From Candidatus Poribacteria bacterium (GTDB lineage Bacteria > Poribacteria > WGA-4E > WGA-3G): a stretch of DNA of 64,000 bases. The DNA lies in NCBI GenBank assembly GCA_965215265.1, contig OZ244048.1, positions 4,480,001-4,544,000 of the forward strand, in the 5' to 3' direction. The translations under genes were made by a program, and so were the position numbers. The stretch's first letter is position 1. Each line of letters starts with the position of its first letter. The notes below the pieces were generated by a model that was not told where the DNA came from, did no database searches, and saw only the letters and a list, made by a program, of their open reading frames with translations. Of this stretch, positions 29,954-40,467 are shown in pieces.

Positions 29954-32841
29954 ACAGAAAAGCAGTCTGGCTTATCCTCTCAATATTGCTTTTGGCAATT
30001 GCTCTTGCAACCGCGGAAGAGAAATGGCAAGCGAATCTCAAAAAAGATTTCGCAAAGGTGTTAAGAGAAAAGAAAAAGCCGATAGAAAAACATCGCGAGC
30101 TCATCCGAAAGTATGAGAAAAAGGGGCAGCTTCACTACCTGATAACGCTGTACGAGGCAGAAAAACCGAATCATTCAAACGATGCGCCCTTCTATTACGG
30201 GATGGGTTACACCTATGCACTACAGACGGACAATCCCATCGAAAACCGCGATACCGCCATTACCTACTTTCAACACGCAATCCTAATTGACCCGGCACTA
30301 TTTTGGCCACACTTTAATCTCGGTGCTATCTATCAGCAGCGCAGCCAAGACGAATTAGCACTTGCTGAATTTGAGACCTGCACCCGATTAAACCCTAGCT
30401 ACTATCCTGTTTACTATCGAATGGGTGAGATTCAACTCAAACAGCACAACTACGCCGAGGCACTCCGTGCCTTTGAAACGGCGAATAACTTGAATCGGAA
30501 GTGGGAATATCCACGCTACGGCATCGGCTTGGTTCACTTCGCACAAGGTGATATCAACCTTGCGCGTGAAACGTTTGAGCAACTCACAAAAAAGAAGGAA
30601 AAATTTGCACCTGCCTATTTCAAACTCGGGCAGGTGCTGGCTACAGAAGGGTTCTTTGATGCCGCATTGGCAGAATACGCCAAGGGCGCGAAATATCAAG
30701 CATACTCTGCTCAAGAGGTCTACGAACTCGCCTCTATCTTTGATGAAGGTGGAAATTCGAAAGGGGCTATTAAATTGTATCAACGAACGCTTGAGCTCGA
30801 ATCCGATGAACGGCACGCCCAGGTGAATTGGAAGGCTAAAGCACATTTCGCACTTGGAGATAAACTCTATGCAAGCGGCGATACATTAACTGCCATCCAA
30901 CATTACCAACTAGCCATCGCTGATGTGCCATCGCTCAAGAATGTGCTCTTTGAACCGCTAGCAGCTTACTTTGATCGAACGATGTCTACGGGTGAAGCAA
31001 GAACGCTCCTAGATAAAACGATGGGTGTGTTACCTAACGATGCCCGTTCCTATTTTTACGCCGGTGTCATCGAAACAGATGCAGGCAACCTGGAACTCGC
31101 GATTGAGCATTACCAAAAAATAGTTGAAATCATAGAGGCGGATCCGAGTTATCTACAGATGGAACTCCTATCACAGACCGCTGCAAATTTGAATGAGGTT
31201 TACTTCAAACTCGGTGAGCTCTATCACCAGCAAGGCGATGCTGAATTGGCGCGCACCTACTTTAAGCGGGCAATAGAAATAAACCCTGAATTGGCAAACA
31301 TGTTTTTTGACGACGGACAGCGTGCTTTTGACGGCGGCAATTACGAGAAGGGGATTGAACCCTTAAACATCCATCTCCTCTTGTTTCCAGATGATATGGA
31401 TGCCCTCTATCTACTAGGGCAGAGTTACGAGGAGACCGGCGATGCAGAACGCGCCATACTGTTTTACGAACGGACACTCGCTTTAAATCCAGCGCGGCCG
31501 GACGTGCTTTTCAAGATGGTTCACATCTATCGGAAACAGCATGCGCACCAAAACGCCGTGGACGTTTTACTCAAAATCATTGCAATTGAATCTGACAATG
31601 CAGAGGCACACTATCTCTCTGCCCAGTCTTACCTTGAACTTAAGCAGCACGATGCGGCCCTCGCAGCGTTTATGGAAACGATACGCGTCGCACCTGAGAA
31701 TGTGGACGCGCACTATCAAGCAGGTCTATTATTTCAACACAAGGGTGATATTGACAACGCTATTGTGCAATATGAGCACACGATTCTGCTTGAGCCTACC
31801 GTAGCCGAACCATTTTTCCGACTCGGTGCTATCTATCGTGAACGTAACGACGAGGATAACATCATTCGCATTTATCAACCTGCATTGGAACTTGAACCGA
31901 ACCATCCTAAGCTTCAGTATCTGCTCGCAGGCATCTTTGACAAACGCGACGAGCGCGAAAAAGCGATTCACTACTACGGTTTGGCAAACCACTATGCCAC
32001 AGAAAATTTAGAGTGGCACTACAAATACGCCCGTCTTCTCGATCGGCACGCCGAGACGCTCGGAGATGACTACCATACGCACGCCGAAATGGCTGTCAAT
32101 GAGTACACTGCTACACTCGCGCTCAATGGGGCTTACGCCGATGCATACTTCTACCGCGGGATGCTGACGTTACGCTACAAACAGATCGGGAACACAGTCT
32201 ATCGCTACAGCCAAATCCTTGAAGATTTCAAACAGGTAGCAGAATTGCAGCCCAGAAATGCAGACGCGCACTACCATGTCGGCGTAATTAACCTTGAAAT
32301 AGACAGACACAGACAGGCACAAACCGCTTTTCAAAAAGTGCTTGCCCTTAAACCGAAATATAGAGGCGTGCACTTACACTTGGGCGAAATTGCGGAATGG
32401 GAGCAGGCGTGGAAAAAGGCAATACAGCATTATGAGACTGAAGTCGCACTCATTCAAAAAGGCGAAACCGATAAGATTGCGACTGCTACTTATCAAAATC
32501 TCGGGGAACTCTACTATGCGCACGCATTGGATTACAATGCTGCAAAAGAGACCTTGGAAAAGGCACTCGCTTTAGATGATACACACGTTCCTACGCTCAT
32601 CAATTACGGCAACAACCTCTTTAGTATGGATTTACTCGGGGCAGCAGCGGAACAGTTTAGACGCGTTATTCAATTGGCTCCTGAAGACTTAACAGCAAAC
32701 TATAACCTCGCACTCATGTATGAATACACAGAGAAGACTGAACAAGCGAGGGCACAATGGAAAAGGTTCCTCGCGCTCAACCCGCCACAACAGTGGAAAA
32801 ATGAGGCAGAGGAACACCTCCGCCAGCTCGGACTCGAGTAG
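29950..32841 (+). CDS. Large secreted TPR-repeat protein
   Basis: Signal peptide followed by many TPR repeats. Confidence 0.9.
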   Translation: MNRKAVWLILSILLLAIALATAEEKWQANLKKDFAKVLREKKKPIEKHRELIRKYEKKGQLHYLITLYEAEKPNHSNDAPFYYGMGYTYALQTDNPIENRDTAITYFQHAILIDPALFWPHFNLGAIYQQRSQDELALAEFETCTRLNPSYYPVYYRMGEIQLKQHNYAEALRAFETANNLNRKWEYPRYGIGLVHFAQGDINLARETFEQLTKKKEKFAPAYFKLGQVLATEGFFDAALAEYAKGAKYQAYSAQEVYELASIFDEGGNSKGAIKLYQRTLELESDERHAQVNWKAKAHFALGDKLYASGDTLTAIQHYQLAIADVPSLKNVLFEPLAAYFDRTMSTGEARTLLDKTMGVLPNDARSYFYAGVIETDAGNLELAIEHYQKIVEIIEADPSYLQMELLSQTAANLNEVYFKLGELYHQQGDAELARTYFKRAIEINPELANMFFDDGQRAFDGGNYEKGIEPLNIHLLLFPDDMDALYLLGQSYEETGDAERAILFYERTLALNPARPDVLFKMVHIYRKQHAHQNAVDVLLKIIAIESDNAEAHYLSAQSYLELKQHDAALAAFMETIRVAPENVDAHYQAGLLFQHKGDIDNAIVQYEHTILLEPTVAEPFFRLGAIYRERNDEDNIIRIYQPALELEPNHPKLQYLLAGIFDKRDEREKAIHYYGLANHYATENLEWHYKYARLLDRHAETLGDDYHTHAEMAVNEYTATLALNGAYADAYFYRGMLTLRYKQIGNTVYRYSQILEDFKQVAELQPRNADAHYHVGVINLEIDRHRQAQTAFQKVLALKPKYRGVHLHLGEIAEWEQAWKKAIQHYETEVALIQKGETDKIATATYQNLGELYYAHALDYNAAKETLEKALALDDTHVPTLINYGNNLFSMDLLGAAAEQFRRVIQLAPEDLTANYNLALMYEYTEKTEQARAQWKRFLALNPPQQWKNEAEEHLRQLGLE

Positions 32842-32847
32842 ACTCAT

Positions 32848-33270
32848 CTTTTTGTATATCTTGGTACCATCACCGCTTATGTATTGTTTAATCGTGTGTA
32901 AATCTCGTCGGAGGTTAACTAGGTAATGTCTTTAAAATCTAATTTTTGTATATCTCCGTACCATCAAAGGTTATGATTTTACGCTCTTGTGTTGGCAGGT
33001 TCGGTTTTCCTAGTGGGTGGCAGGGTAAAAGGTAGTGATAGCGTGTCCTTCAGGACACGCTATCACTACCTATCCTGCCACTTTATCTCTCCTTTAGGAA
33101 AGATAAGAATACCTTATCCTGCCAATCTATAGATAAATCTCGTCGGAGATTCCTTAGGCATAGCATAAAGCGGCTCTGGCGAGATTTGTAAAGTTATTAA
33201 CATAGCAGCAGCCTTTATTGGGCTCCTGTAGACAAAAGATCTTTATCGTGCTAAAATATACTAAAAATTG
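32848..33270. repeat. Modular palindromic repeat cluster
   Basis: Includes GGTAGTGATAGCGTGTCCTTCAGGACACGCTATCACTACC hairpin and arm modules. Confidence 0.85.
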
Positions 33271-33281
33271 AGGACACCCGT

Positions 33282-33917
33282 TTGAACGAGCTGACCTATT
33301 ATCTTGGATGCCACGTTGAGCACTATGCACAAGTGGCATCCACCAATGATATCGCACTTGAGCGCGGAAAAGCAGGGGCGGAAGAAGGCACCCTCATCGT
33401 TGCTGAACACCAAACCGCTGGCAGAGGCAGATACGGTAGGAAATGGGAGACACCCCCCGGCAAATGCCTGCTTGTCTCTGTTATTCTCAGGCATCGACTT
33501 AGGCATGACGAGGTTCCACTCCCTAACCTCATCGGTGCTATCGGCATTGCGAAGGCAATTCATACCACTACCGGACTGGAGGCCCGGATAAAAGCCCCTA
33601 ATGATGTGAAAATTAAAAGAAAAAAGGTAGCGGGTGTTTTAACCGAACTCGCATACGACCGGCGGAACCAGCCGTTTTTCGTACTAGGTTTTGGTGTCAA
33701 TGTGAATAACTTTTTAGAGGATTTTCCACCGGAACTACAGAGTACGGCTACCTCTCTGCGCATAGCACTAAATACTAACGTCGACATCTGCAGAAACAGA
33801 CTATTAAAAGTGATACTCCATCAAATTGAGAATACCTATCGGCATCTTAAGACAGGCAAGCCGAATTTAATCATGGCACAGTTTAACGAATTTTCGTCTA
33901 CAGGAGCACAACAATGA
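33282..33917 (+). CDS. birA: Biotin--protein ligase (catalytic domain only)
   Basis: STND, QTAGRGRYGRKW, KAPND, KVAGVL and GFGVNV motifs; C-terminus repeat-derived. Confidence 0.88.
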   Translation: MNELTYYLGCHVEHYAQVASTNDIALERGKAGAEEGTLIVAEHQTAGRGRYGRKWETPPGKCLLVSVILRHRLRHDEVPLPNLIGAIGIAKAIHTTTGLEARIKAPNDVKIKRKKVAGVLTELAYDRRNQPFFVLGFGVNVNNFLEDFPPELQSTATSLRIALNTNVDICRNRLLKVILHQIENTYRHLKTGKPNLIMAQFNEFSSTGAQQ

Positions 33918-34100
33918 TTTTTTGTATATCTCCGTTTTTTGTATATCTCCGTGCCATCAAAGGTTATGATTTTGCGCTCCTGTGTAAATCTCGTCGGAGG
34001 TTAACTAGGTATAGTCTTTAAAATGATAACATCAAACGGCAGCCTTGTTACGGGCTCCTGTAGACAAAAGACCTTTATAGGGCTGAAATATACGAAAAAA
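33891..34100. repeat. Modular palindromic repeat cluster
   Basis: TTTTGTATATCTCCGT twice, AAATCTCGTCGGAG, GCTGAAATATACGAAAA. Confidence 0.85.
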
Positions 34101-34102
34101 CG

Positions 34103-34543
34103 ATGAAAGTTCTCATTAGCGCTTGTCTTATCGGCGTTCACTGCCGTTACGACGGCGGCCACAGCCTAAACGAAAATGTCATAAAACGGAGTCAACTCGA
34201 TGAGTTAATTCCGGTCTGTCCAGAGGAGCTGGGCGGCCTACCGACACCGCGTCCGCCGGCTGAAATTGTTGGTGGAGACGGGAACGACGTACTAAACGGT
34301 AAAGCAAAAGTCATGACAGCTGATGGAACGGACCTAACGGAAATGTTTGTACAAGGTGCGTACCGGGCCCTACGCACAGCACAATCGTACGGAGCAACGC
34401 ATGTTATCCTGAAGGCGAGGAGCCCGTCTTGTGGGTGTGGGCAGGTTTACGACGGCTCATTCTCCGGTACAGTCACCACGGGCGACGGCGTAACCGCGGC
34501 ACTCCTGAAACAGCATGGGTTTGAGGTTTTTTGTATACGGTAG
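34103..34543 (+). CDS. DUF523 / 2-thiouracil desulfurase family protein
   Basis: SACLIG-CRYDG, CPEELGGLPTPR and SPSCG motifs. Confidence 0.88.
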   Translation: MKVLISACLIGVHCRYDGGHSLNENVIKRSQLDELIPVCPEELGGLPTPRPPAEIVGGDGNDVLNGKAKVMTADGTDLTEMFVQGAYRALRTAQSYGATHVILKARSPSCGCGQVYDGSFSGTVTTGDGVTAALLKQHGFEVFCIR

Positions 34544-34758
34544 CACAAATTTTTGTATATTTCAGCCCCATCAAGGGTTATGTATTGTTAAATCCGATGT
34601 ACATCTCGTCGGAGACTCCTTAGGTTTTGACTTTAAAGACGATACCTAGAGCGGCTCTGGCGAGATTTGTAAGGGTTTTTACATTGCAGCAGCCTTTATG
34701 GGGCTGCAGTAGACGAAAAAGCAGCAGCCTTGTATCGGGCACCTGTATACGAAAAAAT
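34526..34758. repeat. Full-length ~170-bp MITE-like imperfect palindrome plus fragments
   Basis: TTTTGTATATTTCAGCCCCATCAAGGG…CTCGTCGGAG…CTCTGGCGAGATTT…CCTTTATGGGGCTGCAGTAGACGAAAA (34551-34720). Confidence 0.85.
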
Positions 34759-35532
34759 CTACAAAAGCAATTGCTGCATCTGTTTGCCAATATCCTTACT
34801 CCGCATCAACGACTCACCAACTAACATCGCATGCACGCCTGCTGCCCGTAAACTCGCAACGTCCGTGCTTGTATAGATACCGCTTTCACTGACAACAATC
34901 CGGTCCTCCGGTATCTCCTCACGTAAACGGAACGTTGTCTCAATATCTGTATGAAAAGTGCGTAAATCTCTATTGTTGATGCCGATAATCTCGGCATTTA
35001 CATCCAAAGCCACTGCTAATTCTTCGCGTGTATGCACCTCCACTAAACATGCTAATGACAGCGACTCCGCCACCTCCATCAACCGGTGCAGCTCAACCGG
35101 TGTCAATGCTGCCACGATAAGTAAAATTGCATCCGCGCCTGCTACGCGCGCTTGATAGATGTGATACAGGTCAAGTGTGAAATCTTTACGTAACAGCGGT
35201 ACCGTAACGGCCTGGCGAATTTTGGAGAGGTATTCCAATTCACCGGCAAAGAATTTCTTGTCCGTTAGTACGGAGATAGCAGATGCACCGTTATCAGCTA
35301 ATGTCTTGGCAATCGCTACCGGATGGAAATCTGCACGGATAACCCCCTTGCTTGGAGATTTTTTTTTCACCTCTGCGATGAGATTCACAGAACCAGCTGC
35401 CGAAATGGCATTCCGGAAATCCCGGGGTGTCGGTAGGTTTGCTATTTGCGAGCTTAATGCCGCCAGAGGCACCTGTTCTTGTTCTTCCTTGAGCTCCGCC
35501 CGTTTATGGCGAATGATAGTTTCTAATATCAA
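34759..35532 (-). CDS. trpC: Indole-3-glycerol phosphate synthase
   Basis: IAEVKKKSPSKG, LRKDF, LVEVH, GINNRDL and VSESGI motifs. Confidence 0.95.
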   Translation of the reverse strand: MILETIIRHKRAELKEEQEQVPLAALSSQIANLPTPRDFRNAISAAGSVNLIAEVKKKSPSKGVIRADFHPVAIAKTLADNGASAISVLTDKKFFAGELEYLSKIRQAVTVPLLRKDFTLDLYHIYQARVAGADAILLIVAALTPVELHRLMEVAESLSLACLVEVHTREELAVALDVNAEIIGINNRDLRTFHTDIETTFRLREEIPEDRIVVSESGIYTSTDVASLRAAGVHAMLVGESLMRSKDIGKQMQQLLL

Positions 35533-35544
35533 AGTCTTTCCTCT

Positions 35545-35812
35545 ATTTTAGCCCAATACCAATCGATGTTTTTAGCAACCTTGCATAAAGTGATTGAAGA
35601 ATCATAACCTAGAATGGCTCCCAGTGGGTGGCAGGTAAAAGGTATTCTTTTTCTATCCATGAGAAAAGATTACCTATCCTGCCACTGGCGAGATTTACAT
35701 ACGAGTATTTATTACATAGACGTTGATGGTACGGAGATATACGAAAAAAACGAGATTTACATCGGAATTGTAGTACATCACTTTTGATGGTACTACAGTA
35801 TACGAAAAGAAG
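35545..35812. repeat. Modular palindromic repeat cluster
   Basis: CCCAGTGGGTGGCAGG hairpin and reverse arms (…GGAGATATACGAAAA). Confidence 0.8.
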
Positions 35813-36818
35813 AATTGGAAATTGCTTTCAACTGTTCCAATTTTGCTGCAGCGTTTCCTGAGTCTATAGATTCTTTGGCGAGTTCTAAGCCAGTTTCAAG
35901 ACCATCCGCTTTTCCGCCTGCAACAATCGCAGCAGCAGCGTTTAGCACGACAATATCACGCTTCGGGCCCTTGCCGCCACTTAAGATATTTTGTGTTATC
36001 TCGGCGTTTTCCTCAGGTGTACCGCCTGTCAGCGAATTCAAATCCGTCCTCGGAATCCCCAATTCAGTAGCATCGAGAATGTAGCTCGTCACCTTGCCGT
36101 TGGCGAGTTCAGATACCTGCGTGGTCGTAGTCGTTGTGATTTCATCAAGTCCGTCGTTACCATGCACCACAAAGGCATGGCGGCTTCCAAAATGTTTGAG
36201 TGCATTCGCGTGCATCTCTGTCAGTTTTGATGAGTAAATACCAAGCACCTGCGCTTTAGCTCCTGCAGGGTTTGTGAGTGGTGCCACCGTATTGAAAATG
36301 GTGCGAATACCGATTTCGCGTCGAGGTCCGATCGCATATTTCATTGCACCGTGCAACATCGGCGCAAAAAGGAAACCGATGCCTGCCTCATCAATACACC
36401 GCCCGATATGTTCTGGACTTATCTCAATATTCACACCGAGTGCCATCAGCACATTTGCACTGCCACTTTGCCGCGTCACACCGCGGTTCCCATGTTTTGC
36501 TACAGGCACACCGGCACCTGCAACCACAAAAGCAGAGGTTGTGGAGATATTAAACGAACTCAATCCTGAACCGCCCGTGCTGCACGTATCAACAACCAAT
36601 GCATGTTTTGTCTTGACCGGAGTCGCTTTAGCACGCATCACATGCGCCGCGCCAGCAATCTCCTCGACTGTCTCCCCTTTAATCCGTAGCGCAGTCAGTA
36701 GACACGCAATCTGCGCATCTGTCGCCTCACCCTCCATGATTGTCGTCATGGTATTAATCATCTCAGCCTCGCTTAAAGAATTGCCTGCAATCACTTTCTC
36801 AATCGCTTCACGAATCAC
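35793..36818 (-). CDS. trpD: Anthranilate phosphoribosyltransferase
   Basis: DTCSTGG, NISTT, KHGNR and DGLDE motifs. Confidence 0.95.
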   Translation of the reverse strand: MIREAIEKVIAGNSLSEAEMINTMTTIMEGEATDAQIACLLTALRIKGETVEEIAGAAHVMRAKATPVKTKHALVVDTCSTGGSGLSSFNISTTSAFVVAGAGVPVAKHGNRGVTRQSGSANVLMALGVNIEISPEHIGRCIDEAGIGFLFAPMLHGAMKYAIGPRREIGIRTIFNTVAPLTNPAGAKAQVLGIYSSKLTEMHANALKHFGSRHAFVVHGNDGLDEITTTTTTQVSELANGKVTSYILDATELGIPRTDLNSLTGGTPEENAEITQNILSGGKGPKRDIVVLNAAAAIVAGGKADGLETGLELAKESIDSGNAAAKLEQLKAISNSSFRIL

Positions 36819-36833
36819 GCAATCTTCCTCCTA

Positions 36834-37200
36834 ATTTTTGTATGGTGCAGCCCCTCAACGGCTGATGTTGTGTCAATGACTGTGTTGGCAGGATAGGTAG
36901 TCTATCCGTGTCCTTCAGGTGGGGAAGTTCTCCCCGCAAGCGGGGATGAATCCCCAACGCTAGTGCTACCTTTTACCTGCCAATCTATAGATAAATCTCG
37001 TCGCCCGCCCACCCAAATCCTTTGATGTTTAGATTCATTACATCGAACGGCTCAGACGAGATTTGTAAAGGTTTTATTTAGCATAGCAGCCGCCTTTATT
37101 GGGCTCTTGTATACAGAAGAACGAGATTTGTGCAAGGTTGCTAAAAACATCGATTGGTATTGGGCTGAAATATACAAGAAAACGGAGATATACAAAAAAT
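36834..37200. repeat. Modular palindromic repeat cluster
   Basis: Nested hairpins and arm modules of the same family. Confidence 0.85.
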
Positions 37201-37204
37201 CTGT

Positions 37205-37633
37205 TTACATTTTCAGGGTCATCTGTTGTTCGATAAAGTGCCGTTCTGATTTCTTTGTCGGCTGAATTCTCCACTCAGTCGGCAAGCGGACGAGAGTGTT
37301 GATACTATCCGGGTTCTCAAAATACGCATCGTCTATCTGCCAGAATTGGAGACGTGCGTAACTTTGCCGGTTATGCTCAAAACGTCCCATCGTTTCCGCT
37401 TGCTGTCGCATACCCGCACTAACAGGCTCAACGGTAATAAAGATGCCGATCTCTGCACCGTTTTCGGACATGACTTGGCAGAAGGCACGCACCTGCGTCA
37501 TCGAAGGCCTGCCAGTCTTAACTTCGGCGAGAATACGTGCATTCGTTTCTTTCATGAGCTGTGGATTCCATAAAGTTGCATGTCCGACACCGTCATACCC
37601 ACCATCGCCCTTTCGTCTACTGCAGCACGTCAC
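37205..37633 (-). CDS. Mrr-like PD-(D/E)xK restriction endonuclease domain, detached C-terminal part of the MTase gene
   Basis: GDGGYDG…AEVK motif; same frame as the upstream MTase; its GTG start lies inside a repeat. Confidence 0.65.
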   Translation of the reverse strand: MTCCSRRKGDGGYDGVGHATLWNPQLMKETNARILAEVKTGRPSMTQVRAFCQVMSENGAEIGIFITVEPVSAGMRQQAETMGRFEHNRQSYARLQFWQIDDAYFENPDSINTLVRLPTEWRIQPTKKSERHFIEQQMTLKM

Positions 37634-37709
37634 AAGTTGCTGTTTTGCTAAAACATTTACAAAACTCGTCTGAGGTTCCCTATGTTATGATTCAAAACAC
37701 CCTTTCGTC
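37608..37709. repeat. Repeat element inserted in the MTase-nuclease gene
   Basis: TTTCGTCTACTGCAGCACGTC…AAAACTCGTCTGAG; CCCTTTCGTC at both ends. Confidence 0.85.
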
Positions 37710-39013
37710 GGGTTCAGCCCTAACCGTGTTACCGCCCAATTCGAGAAGTCGTGATATTTGCGTTTGTCCCCCTCTTTCAACAACTTGCGCACCTCCTGCA
37801 TGTTCGTCGGATAGCCTTCGATTTGGTAATCTATTGAGGGTTCCAATCCATGCCTGTCCTTCAACCGTTGACGCATCGGATCCAGGGCAAGGATTGTTAT
37901 GTCTATGCCCATCCAACGCCGTGAATGGGTGTGCGCAGCATCAATCGTCGTACCGCATCCTGAGAACGGATCCAGAACAAGGTCCCCTTCATTGCTGGCG
38001 GCTTTTATCAGGCGTTCATAAAGTGCGAGTGGCTTTTGTGTCGGGTAACCGAGACGTTCCTTGGACTTACTGGCAATCGGATTAATGTCTGTGATGACAT
38101 CCTGGACCCGATTCCCTTTTGATGTCGATAAATACCGCTTGAACCCTGGTTTTTTACCGGTGCGGGGCCAGTAAATTAACCCATGTGTGTCTAACACGTC
38201 CAACTTCTGATGGACTGAAAGCGACTCATAATTGTCTGGCGGTTCAACACCCGCCGGCCACGTATTTCTACGCGGTGCACTCCAGTGTCTACCGATCTCG
38301 CTCGGATTTATACCTCGCCAAGGCTGACCGGATTCACCTTCTTGCGTGATACCCGGTGCGTCCAACGTGTGGACTCCATATAGTCCCCTTTCATCTTGAT
38401 ACCGATAAGTGCGTTTGACGTACTCCGGGTTGTGTTCTGTATAGACAGGGTTCCAGACAGGTTGCCGACTTTTGCAATAAAATAGAATTGTGTCGTGGAC
38501 GCGTCCGTATTGATTGCCATCATTATGTGCCCTGGTGCGCTGCCAGATAATCTCATTCCTAAAGTTCTCAGTTCCAAAGATAGCGTCCATCATGCATTTC
38601 AGATAGTGTGATGCCGTCGCGTCGCAGTGGAGGTAGATGCTGCCTTTCGTGTGAAGCACGCGGTGCATCTCGGCGAGGCGAGGTCCCATGAAAGCGAGAT
38701 AGGCACGCATCGCACCGTTTTTCCCGGATACGGCGTGGCGGAGTACCATGTCGTATCCCTTGAGACACTCATCAAGTGCCTTGTAGGTATCGCTGGTATA
38801 TGCACGCGATTCGATATCGGCGCGAGTATCTTGTGCAGCAGTGTCCCAGTTCCAAATATCGGTAAACGCCTTCTTTTGTGCAAGCGAGTCGCCCAGAAAG
38901 GCATTGTAGTCGTGCCCGCTGTTAAAAGGCGGATCGGTGCATATCAGTTGTACACGTTCGTCAGCCATCTCGCGTAGGATTTCAAGGTTATCGCCGAAAT
39001 AGAGTTTGTTCAC
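37685..39013 (-). CDS. N6/N4 DNA methyltransferase (beta class)
   Basis: DPPFN motif IV, YPTQKP, VLDPFSGCGTT motif I. Confidence 0.9.
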   Translation of the reverse strand: MNKLYFGDNLEILREMADERVQLICTDPPFNSGHDYNAFLGDSLAQKKAFTDIWNWDTAAQDTRADIESRAYTSDTYKALDECLKGYDMVLRHAVSGKNGAMRAYLAFMGPRLAEMHRVLHTKGSIYLHCDATASHYLKCMMDAIFGTENFRNEIIWQRTRAHNDGNQYGRVHDTILFYCKSRQPVWNPVYTEHNPEYVKRTYRYQDERGLYGVHTLDAPGITQEGESGQPWRGINPSEIGRHWSAPRRNTWPAGVEPPDNYESLSVHQKLDVLDTHGLIYWPRTGKKPGFKRYLSTSKGNRVQDVITDINPIASKSKERLGYPTQKPLALYERLIKAASNEGDLVLDPFSGCGTTIDAAHTHSRRWMGIDITILALDPMRQRLKDRHGLEPSIDYQIEGYPTNMQEVRKLLKEGDKRKYHDFSNWAVTRLGLNPTKGCFES

Positions 39014-39333
39014 TTGTATTCTCCTAGTAATTCATCACTTACTATATGCCGCGGAAGTGCAAGGCGCTTCGAATTTTCAATATCGCCACTCCAGCGGGGC
39101 CATCTGTTTATAGAAGCCTTAAACTCCAGATTGGTTTGCATACCACTTAATATTACCCGTACTGAGCCCACTCGCCACAATATCGGGCCGCCCATCTGCA
39201 TTCATGTCTACTATCTGCATCTGCCCAACCCCCAAGCCGCCATCGTCAATTTTTCGTATATCTCCGTACCATCAACGCTTAGGTAATAATAACTCGTGTG
39301 TAAATCTCGTCGGAGATGACTTAGGTTTAGTCT

Positions 39334-40130
39334 TTAAAAATCTAACGTCTCTTTACCCCACCGGTTCTGCGCCAGATTCTCTGGACGGTAGAGATGCAAG
39401 CTGGTGCCTTCCCCATTATAGCCACAGATGACCTCTAACACACCGTCCGCATCAACGTCAACTGCCGCAATAGAATGTCCACGGTTGAGTGTATCATCAA
39501 TAGGGTAGCGCGTCCAAGCGGATGAACGCAAATCGCCAGTGACTTTATACCAGACGAGGTTGTTCCCGTGCCATGGCTCAATTGCCAGAATTTCGTTGAC
39601 ACCGTCGCCATCAATATCCGCAGCGTAGGTATCGCTACACGCCTTATCGCTAATCACCCACTTGCGCCAGGGTTGTGTCATCGGTTCGGTAGGGGCTCAT
39701 ACCAGACAAGCCCTTCGGTGCAGCTAATTAGGACATCGTCCCGCCCATCCATATCCACATCGTTGATGCTCAGTCCGTGGTTGATATGCAGTCTATCGTC
39801 AAGCAGATGGGCGTGCCATGTTCCGTCTCGCGGTTCATCCGGAAGTTAGTAACACCAAAGGGAACCGGGACTGTGCCATTCACCCGGTTTTCCATCTTCC
39901 CCACGGATCGATGCGACGATGAGGCCTGGTTTGTGCGACGCGTCTTTGGTGAAATTACCGAGCGCAATACGGTGAATGAACGGCACATGAGCGATGTGAT
40001 GGCTAGTCCAATTCTCACCTGATTGAGCCGGTGCTTCCAGCCAATGTAGGTAACCCCCTGCAGCGTTAACACCGCGGTTGAAACCGCTCCCGACGATGAG
40101 CTCGGGTATCCCATTATCGGTGAGGTCGCC
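39334..40130 (-). pseudogene. FG-GAP/VCBS repeat protein pseudogene
   Basis: GDLTDNG, DVDMDGRDD, DIDGDGVNE repeats; internal TAA near 39850, frameshift near 39692; both ends abut repeats. Confidence 0.75.
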
Positions 40131-40465
40131 CGCCCACCCAAATCCTTTTTCTGTATATAGGAGTCCAATGCTAGTTGCTGCTATTTACAACCCTGTACAA
40201 ATCTCGTTTTTTTTGTATACAGGAGCCCAATAAAGGTCTTTCGTCTACAAGAGCACAACACAACAGATGTAATGAACACCTTAGCACAAATCTCGTTCTT
40301 TCGTCTACAGGAGCACAACACAATAGATGTAATGAACACCTTAGCACAAATCTCGTCTGTGCCGTTTGATGTTTTGATTTTAAAGACTATACCTAGTTAA
40401 CCTCTGGCGAGATTTAGACACGAACCATCAATACCTAAGCGTTGATGGTACGGAGATATATAAGA
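40125..40465. repeat. Repeat cluster including a 60-bp tandem duplication
   Basis: Unit CTTTCGTCTACARGAGCACAACACAAYAGATGTAATGAACACCTTAGCACAAATCTCGT at 40238 and 40298. Confidence 0.85.
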
Positions 40466-40467
40466 AA

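Noticed and set aside
40175-40369. Repeat-peptide ORFs (also 37074, 41501, 42700, 61096)
   Set aside because: Chance open frames across palindromic repeats
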